DNA of 63,587 nucleotides, counting the filler, from Pelomyxa schiedti (lineage: Eukaryota > Protista > Evosea): assembly GCA_020536535.1 (NCBI GenBank). It is 13 parts of 13 records of this genome, joined end to end, with 100 filler letters (N's around TTAATTAATTAA, not from the genome) between each part and the next. Parts side by side here need not be neighbours in the genome. Positions count along the whole stretch, not along the records: positions 32,085 to 47,528 come from JAHLWZ010001158.1; positions 47,629 to 54,920 come from JAHLWZ010001365.1; 11 more parts are not named here. One strand, given 5' to 3'. Of the stretch, positions 36,882 to 47,918 are shown in pieces. The notes beneath the pieces are model-generated. The model searched no databases, had not been told where the DNA came from, and saw only the letters and a list, made by a program, of their open reading frames with translations. Every line of letters begins with the position of its first letter. The first letter of the stretch is position 1. Made by a program: the position numbers and the translations under genes.

Positions 36882-38375
36882 ATGGAACTCGTAGACGAAG
36901 TAAAGGGCGCAGCGTTGTCGTTGACCGCCAAAAGCCAGATCCTCGCCCTTTTGGTTGCCTCTACCACTTCCTCACGCCTTCGAGCAAGACCGAGCCCCGG
37001 TTCCGGCGCAAGCAAAGGCCCAACCATCGGCACCCACAATGGCTGCCACGCGGGCCTGCTCCCCCCACATCTGTTGGCCGAGTCCATCGGCCAGAGGTGG
37101 GTGCTCCGCCCGGCGCGCAACCTCCTTGTCACGTTCTCGTGGGACCCCCTGCACCCCAGCAACACCGGCCAGGACCAAGTGTTCGTGAGCCTGAGCCACA
37201 CCCACGGCGTCGTGCGAGGCCCCACCAAGGTCCTCACGTTACCCAGGCTCGTCGGCTGGCTCGGCGGCCACACCGTCGTCACTCAGGACAACACGTTGGA
37301 CTGGGCCACCGTCCACTCGTTCGACTTGTGGGATCTCTCCAAACGCACCCGCAGCGAACTGGGCGTCAGGGGCCCGACGGCGTGCTGCAACACGAAATGG
37401 GTGGTTGTGGTCGGCGGCCCCGGGAACCCCAGAGGGGGCCGCGAGGCAGACAAACCCTGCGGGCTCAATGTGCGCCGCGTGCGGGATTGTGGGATGGCGC
37501 AGCCTCCGTGGAACGTGGCGACGTGGCCCTGGCTCAGGGACTTGGTCTCGATCGGGTTCTTTGGCTCCAGCGAGTACGACTTCGAGTCCGACGTCGTCGA
37601 GGCGATCTACACCGAGAAGAGCGGGTCGAGCAAATACCTGTGCGTTTCTCACATCGATTTGAACGCAGAAAGTCCGGCGGAATCTACGGCTGAATCTCCG
37701 TCTGAATACAGCGACTTTCCCATGCAGTACAGAGTTGTGGGAAGGTGCAACATTTCGAAGCTTGGAATCAAGGTGAAGGAACTGACAAAGCCACTTGTTG
37801 TCAACAGGTCAATTGCTGATGGGCCACTACAGCAATCACAGTACTACTTCTTGCTTCCAAAACACCACCACCATAAAAGTGAGAGAGTGTTGGTTCTGAG
37901 CACAGGGAAAAGGCGCAACCTGTTTTGTTCCAATGAAGATGAAGCGTTGCAGGTGGTTGATGAGTCACACCTGTGCACAATATCCACAACCAAGGATTCC
38001 TCAGTTGTTTCTGTCTATCCTCTTGCTGAATTGGTTTCTTCTTCTGCCTCGCACCACCATGCTGCAGCTCCATGCCAAGTCCACAACTTTCCCACCAGGT
38101 CAGTGATGACAATTGGCTGTGGGATCATCATCTCAAGCAGCCTCACAATGTCAACGCCGCAAACCACGAAGTCTAAACCATCTCCAAAAAGGCCCCGGCT
38201 GTCACAGCAGCAACCTGGCGCCACGCCAGCAGGTGGGTTCACACCCCCACAGGTTGAAGCTGTGCATTCCTTCACAGATGCAACCAGTGGTGCCGTTATG
38301 TTGTCAATGAAGCAGTCTGATAGGGTGTTCCTCCCTACCTCCATTCAAGCAGTTCCCTTCACCTCTGCTTTATAG
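36882..38375 (+). CDS. QF-RCG-SP family protein (497 aa)
   Basis: LTAKSQILALL...LLPPHLLAESIGQRWVLRP...VSLSHTHGVV...CCNTKWVVV...FTDATSGAVMLSM. Confidence 0.85.
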   Translation: MELVDEVKGAALSLTAKSQILALLVASTTSSRLRARPSPGSGASKGPTIGTHNGCHAGLLPPHLLAESIGQRWVLRPARNLLVTFSWDPLHPSNTGQDQVFVSLSHTHGVVRGPTKVLTLPRLVGWLGGHTVVTQDNTLDWATVHSFDLWDLSKRTRSELGVRGPTACCNTKWVVVVGGPGNPRGGREADKPCGLNVRRVRDCGMAQPPWNVATWPWLRDLVSIGFFGSSEYDFESDVVEAIYTEKSGSSKYLCVSHIDLNAESPAESTAESPSEYSDFPMQYRVVGRCNISKLGIKVKELTKPLVVNRSIADGPLQQSQYYFLLPKHHHHKSERVLVLSTGKRRNLFCSNEDEALQVVDESHLCTISTTKDSSVVSVYPLAELVSSSASHHHAAAPCQVHNFPTRSVMTIGCGIIISSSLTMSTPQTTKSKPSPKRPRLSQQQPGATPAGGFTPPQVEAVHSFTDATSGAVMLSMKQSDRVFLPTSIQAVPFTSAL

Positions 38376-38439
38376 AGCAGAATCCTGTTTCGATTTGGTG
38401 AAGCTCAATTCGAAATTTTGGTTTCTTGTGATCAAAATG

Positions 38440-38532
38440 CACTGGGGGGTGCAAGTCAAATGAGAAAAACAAAGAATTTTTTAGTGAGCAAGGCAGCGTG
38501 AAGTGGCCCGATTTTGCAGGGATTTGGTTGTT
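38440..38532 (+). mobile_element. Degenerate solo TIR of the 4766-5684 element family
   Basis: CACTGGGGGGTGCAAGTCAAATGAGAAAAACAAAGAATTTTTTAGTGAGCAAGGCAGCGTGAAG matches the TIR; no partner TIR seen. Confidence 0.85.
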
Positions 38533-38927
38533 TTTGAGTAAAATAAGGACAAATGAGAACCAACCTGAGCATTGACATTGGCAACAGGAAGTGAACACTT
38601 TGTCACCCTCCAATGGTGAGTGTTTTGTTTGACAGTTTGTGGTGGCCAGTAATTTGTCAAATTTATTAATGGCCATGGTGTGGCTGTGCCAAAAATCTTG
38701 ACCTGTATTTAGATGCAACTTCAGTGTGCGTGCCAGCAACCTCTCTATCAAGGAAATCACAGTCACAGAACTGGCGACCTGACGGGGGGCGCAGGTGTAG
38801 GTCCTGATTGAACAACAAGTAGCATTCGCTGGAAGCAGTTGTTGTGACTTCCGACTTTTCTGAGTCCTCGGGAAAAAATCGCTGTTGTGCACCAACCCAG
38901 TGTCTAGCCCACATGTTCAAAAGAAAC

Positions 38928-40110
38928 ATGCAAGGTGGGCTCCACGATACTGTCGTGGAGATCTCTTGCGGGATGCGGGCTCGGTCCCAGCTCGTTCAAC
39001 TCCTTTTCGTGCATTCGTCGTCGGCACCCAGCAGCAGCAAGCCAACGCCCCATAATTCTGTTCAGTCGGTGCCCTCCTCCTCTGGCTCTGATTCTGCAAC
39101 CCCACTTATCTACTGTTGCCACGTTGGCGTTTTGCCATTGTGGGTGTTGGTGGAACTGATCGGGAAGAGGTGGGTGATGTGGCCTGAGAGGAGAGGCTGT
39201 TGTGGTTTCAATGAAGGATAACTGCATCGGGTGGACTGGAGGCAACACAATCATCACCCACATCTGGGAGGAGGTGAAGCAATTACGTGTGTGCAGTGCG
39301 GTACAGCAGGAAGATTCCGTGGTTCGTCCTGAATCCACCAAAAATGAAGGTGAAGGGCACAAAGGGGCACATTTTGATGCTATTCTCAAGTTCAACATCT
39401 ATGGAAGACAGGGGTGCTGCAACCAGAGGTGGGTTGTGATTGCTGGAGTCAGAAAGAGCACCAATGAATCTGGGTTGTTCGTGTGCAAAGTGGACAACAC
39501 TCAACTGGATTCCTGTTGGAATGTGATGAAGTACCCGTGGTTCAATTCGGTTCGATCTCTGAGCTTCTTTGGCTCCAGTGAGTTCGACTTTGAGTCTGAC
39601 ATTGTGGAGGTTATCTTCACTGAGGAAAGGGGCACTGACAAATTCTGGTGTGTTGTTCACATCAACCTGAACTGTGAGAGTGGCTCAAATCCACTGAGAG
39701 TCATTGGGGAGTGCAATCTTTCCCAGGTTGGCATTGCAGCATGGTGCCTCAGCAAACCACTGGTTGACAGGAGGCCACACTATCCATCGTTGATTTATCA
39801 CTTCCTGCTGGGTGAAACAGGTTGCGAGGTCAAGGTGTTGGTGCTGAACACAGGCCAGGTTGTCAAATTGATTGAAGGGACCACCCACTCTGCCAAGAAC
39901 AAGCATGTTGTGCAGGCTGTCGACGAAACACACTTGAGCCTCAAAACTGGCAAGAAGGGGGATCCCACAACAACATCAGTTTACTCTCTCTCCGAGTTGA
40001 TTTCATCAGCCACTGCGTTGCCACCACCACCACCACACTCTGCTGCTGAAGTATCATCCTCCTGTTTTGACCAAGTGACTCCAATCCACGTTCACCACTT
40101 TGAACCTATG
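38928..40110 (+). pseudogene. Tandem paralog of the 36882 gene, frameshifted and 3'-interrupted by a repeat
   Basis: ARSQLVQLL...ELIGKRWV, then a frame change near 39200; shares FFGSSEFDFESDIVE and VDETHL with the 36882 gene; repeat sequence begins at about 40108. Confidence 0.75.
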
Positions 40111-43100
40111 AATCAGGTTTACAGAACCCAGGAAATAACACCCAAAAAGCACCAAATTACAGTCAAATTGCCACTCTGTGGTTGATATTGTGTAAAAATC
40201 CTTGCTATTTTTGTTCAGTTGAGTGTCATTTTTTGTGGAAAACCTTGGTGTTCAAAACAAACAGTTGTGTAAAATGCAAGGTGGCCACTGGTGTTCTTCA
40301 TAGCGTGGTACTGGTGGCAGCAAGTTGCAACAGCAACGTGCAATAGTGTTACGTGGCACTTGTTTTAATGTATGCCTTTGTGTGAAGGCGTCAGTTTTGG
40401 CACCATGCCAAAGGACATATCTAGACATAGTTAGAACAAGCTGATGCTGAGTGTGATGAAGTCTGATGACTGTTACATAGATGGGGAAAAAAACTTACTT
40501 GGTGGCTACATAATAATAGACAAGAGGATAAGAACAAGAAAAAGAGGTTTCACCTGGGCCTTAAAACAAGTGTTTCCAACAACACAAGGAAAGAAGGATT
40601 TTTGTAAAAAAAACCAACCTTGTGATGCAAAAGGAACGCAGATCTTCATGTGATTGCACTTGGTGGATATTTTGAAGAAATGCTGAGGCATGAGGAGTCA
40701 ATGGTGGTACAGTCACCCTTTCATTTGCTGGAATAAAGCCAGTTGTGCTCCAGAAGTTCTCTACACCCCACTAAATGATAGTAAGGAAAAGTAACTCATT
40801 CCACAGAACAATGACCCATGTGTTGTGGTTATTTATGATTGTAATAATGAAGAGGCAGAACAGTATAAAGCAGAAATACACACTATTGAAGAGCCTGAAC
40901 CAAATGCAGGGAACACAGTTGAAGGTGTAGAGAGTAATGAGTTCCACCAAGTGCAAGCAGCTTGTGAAGGAGGAAGTGCTTTCAAAATGGATGCAATTTC
41001 AGTGGACTTGAAAACTGAAAAATCAGCAGGCACAGTGTTGGGCACCCCTGTTGGAATTCCCTGAGGAAACAAATCAGCTCTGTATTCTGACCATTGTTCT
41101 CGTGAGTTAAATCTTCTTGACTGCACCACTACAGATTTGTGGGTGGAACCTGAGGGAACTCCAATGGAGATCAAAAATCCACAGCAGTCCTCAAGGCATT
41201 GCCATTGAGACCCCTGTAAGAAGGGAGAGAAGTAACCATGCCAGTCCCAGACAACATCCAGCACAAACAGAGTGAATTTGTTAGCTTCTGTGGGCTCGAG
41301 AATAAGTCCCACAGAGGAAGAAAACGAGTGAGAGTGAAGAGAATAAAGAGGGTTCTCTTGTTTGTTTGGTCGTTGTTGTAAGGGGGTAAAAAGGGAGTGT
41401 GTAAAATCTCGCAGAGTGGTTGTGCGATTGGGTTAAAAGGCTGCGATGTTCAAATGGATTCTCGGACAAGTGTGCATGTGATCAAAACCGCCTGCCACGT
41501 TGTTGTTGCTGTATTTGTGCGCCCAGCTGCGCTGTGCGCTGATCATTACCTTCGCTGTCTCATTCTGGTAATAGTCCAGATTCGGCTCAGTCCTCAGTCT
41601 CTCCAATCCCGCTAAAGTCCGCCAGACTTCAGAGCCTCGCGAGCAAGGCCGAGTTCGTGTACTTTGTGGAAGTACACAATTGGCTTGTGCTGATATGCAT
41701 ACTCGCAAAGTTTCAGAAATGCAGGCACTGTAAGGGCATCTTGTGTGTGGAGTGGAACATGCAGAGAGCTGAACAGCTGATCTTGCAATCCATGCCCATG
41801 TCCTGGAAGCAAAAAGCCAACTTCAACAGACTGCACCCAGCGTTTTGCAACCAGCATTCCACAGTACAGCAATGAAGTCAAGCACTTATTCACAGAAGCA
41901 TTGTCGAATGTGTGTACTTCCACAAAGTACACAAACTCGGCCTTGCTCGCGAGGCTCTGAAGTATGGCGCACTTTAGCGGGATGATTGGAGAGACTGAGG
42001 ACTGAGCCGAATCTGGACCATTACCAGAATGAGACAGCGAAGGTAATGATCAGCGCACAGCGCAGCTGGGCGCACAAATACAGCAACAACAACATGGCAG
42101 GCGATTTTGATTACATGCACACTTGTCCGAGAATCCATTTGAACATCGCGGCCTTTTAACCCAATCGCACAACCACTCTGCGAGATTTTACACACTCCCT
42201 TTTTACCCCCTTACAACAACGACCAAACAAACAAGAGAACCTCTTTATTCTCTTCACTCTCACTCGTTTTCTTCCTCTGTGGGACTTATTCTCGAGCCCA
42301 CAGAAGCTAACACTTAAGCTCCTGCCAACCCAGTCAGGCTTTTGCCCAAGAATCAGGCTTTTCAATTTTTAAAATGATTACCCTTTTTTCCCTCTCTTGG
42401 TGGGAGTTTGTGTTTTTTTGGACTTTGCGGTGTGATCAGTTGAGGTGTGTCGCCGCTTTTCCAAGGGTGGTTGTGTGTGGGCTGCTGGCTTTTCTTGTGG
42501 CTTTTCTGCTGTTTTATTCAGTGTTATTTCTAGGCTCAAGGTGCAAGGTGGGTGAAGAGGTTTCCAGTGAAGGCACATGTGTGGATTGTTCATCTGTAAA
42601 AAAAGTTAGGATTATGTGGGTGGGTCATGTTGTGCCTGTTGTTTGGGGGGTAACAATCCCATTCAGCGTATCTTGGCTGGCAATAATAGGTCTCTGTATG
42701 AAGGCAGAGGTGCTTGTTGGGGGAAAGGTTTCCCTTGTTGTTGGAGGTTGCTGAAGAAGAACAGGTGGGGCTAGAGGAGTAAGCACAGTGAAGGTTGCAG
42801 TTTGTTGAATTTGTGATGCATTTCCAGGTTGTAATGTGCAAGGAGAAGAACTCAGGGAAGGTACAGTGGTATCAACTTCCTCAATTTGTGGACCAGTCTG
42901 ACTTTCTTTAGATACAGTGGACTGAGAGGGGTTGTAAACAATCATAGAATTCGTTGTAGTAGTAGATGTGGGAGAGGGAAAATCTCCTGTATCTGACAGA
43001 AGTGCTTCATGTTGGATCCTTCTCATGAATGTGAAAATGCTGTTGCAGACCATCACGGCAGTAGAACTGCATTACAGCAACTTGTGTACCCTTTTTACAT

Positions 43101-46100
43101 GGGCCACCAGCAGGAATTTTGAGATTCTTGGAGGCTATCAAGCTGTAGTCCTGGAGTTGGCATTTGAAATACTCGATCCCAATCCTCTTATTTATTTGAT
43201 TATTTATTTGATTTTCACAACTTAGGTGTTTTCATTTTAGCGACCGGACATCAACAGCCCTGAAAGTGATGGTCGACTTGTGTCTATTAAGTTTATGAGA
43301 TATGTACTTGGGGGTGGTCATTTTACCAATGAGGCACTGCGCTTTGTGGTTTTCCCACCCTTGGTGCATGTGTGTGGCGATTGTTTTGGAGTTTAGTGGC
43401 AAGTTTTTTGTGTTTTTCTTTGAGGGAGGCACACCTTGGGCCATTTCTAAGAGTTGAATTCTTGCCATGAACACCGATGAGCCAATGCTGTGTAGCTCTG
43501 CTGGTGTTGGGTCATGAAAATATCGACTAGCAGTTGCCCTCATCACCTCAGTCTGCTGATTCTCCACCTTGGTTTTCAGGGTCTCCTTCACTCCTTGCAC
43601 TGCATTTTGTGTTGCCACTTTTCTGTGCAGCAATTAGCTTCGTACTTACCCCAAAGATACATACAGGTTTATTTTCTCCTTCTCAGTCCTTTTGCTCTTC
43701 TCCCTCTTGTGTTTGCTTGAAATTTCACTATCCAACGACAACCTAGCTTTGATTGGTTTCATTTTGTTTTTGTGTTTTGTGTTGTGTTACTTTTCTTGTT
43801 TATATGCACAGTTTTCTAGTTTGATAAAGTGTATCTGAATTGCATGTGGCTTTTGCATTTTCCCTGCTTTTATTCTGTGAATGTAATTGACTGCCTACTC
43901 ACTTTCTTTACACTAAAACTAACCAGAAACAAAACTTGCTCTGGGTGTGCCCTGCAGTTATGGCAACCAGTGGGTCACCACTGACATCGGTACAATGCTG
44001 TTCTCACAATTGTGTGATCGCATTCAGTTTGTGTGATTCTGCGAACACACAGGCAAACTGTGCGCAAGGCACACTCGCAAGACTCAAGACTGGAGACTCA
44101 GAGGCTGAGTCATCACTTACCAAGTTCAGAAATCAAGTTCACAGAAAGATCATCGAGATACCCAAGACCTTTCCTTTGACTTTGGAATCCTTTATAAACA
44201 CACACCAAGTCACCTCATATACAAAAATACAAATATACAAAAAAACCTCAACACAAACACACCTGTATGCTTCTGTGTATGTTGTGCTTGAACTAATGTG
44301 GGGATACTCACCCAATAACGGAAGACAGAAAGAGATGAATTTGATTGGAATAAAGGGTTCTATTGTTTGCCTTGTGTTTGTTGTTTATTTGTTTGTGTTT
44401 GTGTGTTTTTCGATGTGATTCTGAGCTTGGAGCATCAAGCTTATAAAGGCCTTGAAATCGAGTTGAATGATCATGGAGATTTCCGTGAAGTTGATTTCTA
44501 AATTCGTTAAGTCCGCACTGCTGACTCAGCACCTGAGTCTCTCAGTCCTGTGTTGCTTCAGCGGTTTGCATTGAAGAGTTTGCCTGTGGATTCACTGAAT
44601 CACACACACCCAAATGTATCCATCCATTCCAAGATGAATAAAATACTTTGTGCCTCTTTGTTCTCTTTTGGTGCAGTTTCCCTCTGAAGGAAACATATGG
44701 TGGAGGATGTGTGTTTTGACCCTCACAAGCACTTCAACATCTTGGAATCTGATCATCAAGATCAACATCAATCACAGTGACATGGCACATGGCTCGCTGT
44801 TGACAGTCATCTGACTCACGCGGTTGACATGTTCTACATCATCTTGGCACTGTTTCTCTTCATTCATCGACGAATCAACATCATCGGCGATTATCTTCGC
44901 ATCGGCACATTGCTATCGCACAACGTTGCTTCTCTTGGCATGCTACGTTCGAGTACTTCAACATCCATGCGGTGACATCGCATTCTGTTGCTTCGTTGCG
45001 TTGCTCTGTTGCTCTTTTCATTCGCATCGTTTTGCAAGCATTTTTGCATTGCACCTTCGTTATGCTTCATCGTCGTCATTATCTGCTCTATCCACTGTGG
45101 TGCTACTCTTGCACTGCACACTTGTGCACATCTACTTCAACGTTCTCATGGTTGTACACTCGCGTTATTACCGCTCTTTCAGCAACATCGTTTTCCTGTT
45201 GTTTTATTGCTCATTCTGTTCATTGGTCGTTTGCACCAACGGGAGATGCTCAAGCGTTTTGGCAACGACTCTGTCTACACTGCATTGCATCTGTACATGC
45301 ACTACAACAAGCTGTTGTTCTCTGTGACACTCTATTATGCCGATTTTTCCCTTTAAGGCAGCCGGCACTGAAGCGGATATTTCTGACTATTGGCTTTCAA
45401 TTGCGTTGTAAATGCTATTTAGTGCAATTTTGTTCATGAAATTTCACTCTACGAAATAGATATTTTGGATTGAGTTAGGAACACTCACCTGGAATTCTAT
45501 TTGCACTCTGTGCATACCCATGACTTGGGAATTTTCGTTTAATTATGGGTGGATCATGGGAACACAGAAGCGATGGTGTATCCCTGTGACGGACCTCAGC
45601 ATTGCATATTGCTGTCCCATCACACCTGGAAAATCGTTTTTGACCTCCTGGATGTTATTTTGCCCTGCAAGACGTTATATTGGGAATAAAAGAAGTGGCC
45701 ACACAGTTATCCTTGCAGCGGACTGCAGTAGCTCCCAAGGGCACTTGATTGTTATCTGCATTTTTCCCTGGAGTGGCAAACAAATTTTGAAATTTGTGCT
45801 GCCATTGGCATGTTAGTCTGCAGATTGGAAATTGTTATTTTGTATTTGGGAGTATAGAGTGTACTGCACATACAGAGATAATTTCGAGGTCATCCTGTCA
45901 TCTCCTGGGGATACAGTAGGCAGGAAGTGAGACAAAGTCACCCATACAACATTCTGCAAATGAGCACTCTGCCCAAGCTCATTGTATTCAAGTTCTACAT
46001 CGTGCTGCAGCTTCAAGGCAATCTTATTTTCGTCAGTCAGCTGTACAAGCAAATGGGAATGCATACCTATTTGATAGCTGTGATCTCCAAGCATTTCTGG

Positions 46101-47528
46101 CCGCCATTGCAATTTGCTGCAAAACTGGCACTGGCATGACAATATGACAATTCAGTTGAGAGATTCACACCATGAAGTCACATCAATTCACTGCAAATTC
46201 GGCCCTCATGCAAATTCCAACCAATTACTGCACAAGTCAACCATAACCTGCATCTGGCATCAGAACTATCATTGGTGCATTGATAGCACTTACCCCAATG
46301 CTCATACACTCATCCTGGACCGATTTTCATCAATTCTGCACTGTTCTGATTCACACAAAGTGATTGCACTGGAATGGCATCAGCATCCACAAACGAAAGT
46401 ACACAATTACCTGGCAACTGGCAGAAGGCTTGTAAAAAACAACAATCATCAGCTTCAGAGGAAGGGGGAGCATGTGTGATTCTGCGAACACACAGGCAAA
46501 CTGTGCGCAAGGCACACTCGCAAGACTCGAGACTGGAGACTCAGAGGCTGAGTCATCACTTACCAAGTTTGGAAATCAAGTTCACAGAAAGATCATCGAG
46601 ATACCCAAGACCTTTCCTTTGACTTTGGAATCCTTTATAAACACACACCAAGTCACCTCATTTCTATACAAAAATACAAATATACAAAAAAAACCTCAAC
46701 ACAAACACACCCAAATGTATCCATCCATTCCAAGATGAATAAAATACTTTGTGCCTCTTTGTTCTCTTTTGGTGCAGTTTCCCTCTGAAGGAAACAAGTT
46801 TGGTGGAAATACAGCAGGCAAGGGAGAAGCTTCATTCAAAACGCAAGTTGGAGCAAGATATGTACTTGGTCAACAAGTTGCAGGGGTTTGCTTTACAAGT
46901 TTAAAGGTTTCCTTTTTTCTCGTTTATTTGTTGTTTTTCTTCTTCTCAGTTATTATGGTAGAACCTCTCATTTTTTTCTAGTCTTGCTTAAATGAAGCCT
47001 TAGGAAAGACAGTGTGTAGAGCCGCATTTTGCTGGCTATATGGGATTTTCTCTAAGATGCCATCAGATTCCCAGCCTTCGGGCTTTCTATAGAGTTCTAC
47101 AGAAGCAGTTTCCTTTCGTTATTCATGAGCAAATTGCCACCCAGACTCAGTGCTTGATCTGTGATCAGCTGTGACGCTCAAAGGCAGATGAACTGCGTGA
47201 GACTGATTCTGAGCAACTTGCTTCAGTACAAAAGGTTATTGATGAGCACACTAAGAGCCGGCAGTATGCTGAGTATCATCTCATAACTTTCCAACAGAGT
47301 TGGGTGCTGTGTGTATGGATACCAAGCAGCATCTTATGCTTCCTCACTTTCGTAGAGGAACTAAGCTCCTGCCAACCTAGTCAGGCTTTTGCCAATGAAT
47401 CAGGTTTACAGAACCCAGGAAATAACACCCAAAAAGCACAAAATTACAGTCAAATTGCAACTCTGTGGTTGATGTTGTCTAAAAATCCTTGCTATTTTTG
47501 TTCAGTTGAGTGTCATTTTTTGTGGAAA
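40108..47528. mobile_element. Repeat/transposon-remnant mosaic
   Basis: Direct repeats 40108-40240/47395-47528, 44031-44260/46473-46710, 44603-44695/46705-46796 and 42315-42355/47362-47404; only short stop-riddled ORFs. Confidence 0.7.
41279..42312. mobile_element. Fold-back: 400-bp inverted arms around a transposase-like core
   Basis: Arms 41279-41678 and 41911-42312; the 232-bp spacer encodes (minus strand) FDNASVNK...VEVGFLLPGHGHGLQDQLFS. Confidence 0.85.
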
Positions 47529-47918
47529 NNNNNNNNNNNNNNNNNNNNNNNNNNNNNNNNNNNNNNNNNNNNTTAATTAATTAANNNNNNNNNNNNNNNN
47601 NNNNNNNNNNNNNNNNNNNNNNNNNNNNGGAACAGGGTGATCCCGATCTGTGGCTCTCCAAATTGCTCAAAGCGTAACCACTGTGGGGCTTTTCTCCCAA
47701 AGTGGACCCATTTACTGGAGGGTGGGAACACTTTGACTTTAGGGTGCGGGGGCCCGAGACTAGAGAGAGGCATGAATTTGGGTTTTACGCCAAATTTTTT
47801 CCTATCCTATCCTATAGCTATGTACAGGTTCATCCACTGTCAGAATCTCTCATGAGAGTGTATCCCACATGACTGTGCTGACGGGATGGTAGAGAGTGTA
47901 CAACTTTCAATTGTGCAG

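Noticed and set aside
44824-45439. Three overlapping hydrophobic ORFs
   Set aside because: Low-complexity T/C-rich sequence within the repeat mosaic; no recognisable protein.
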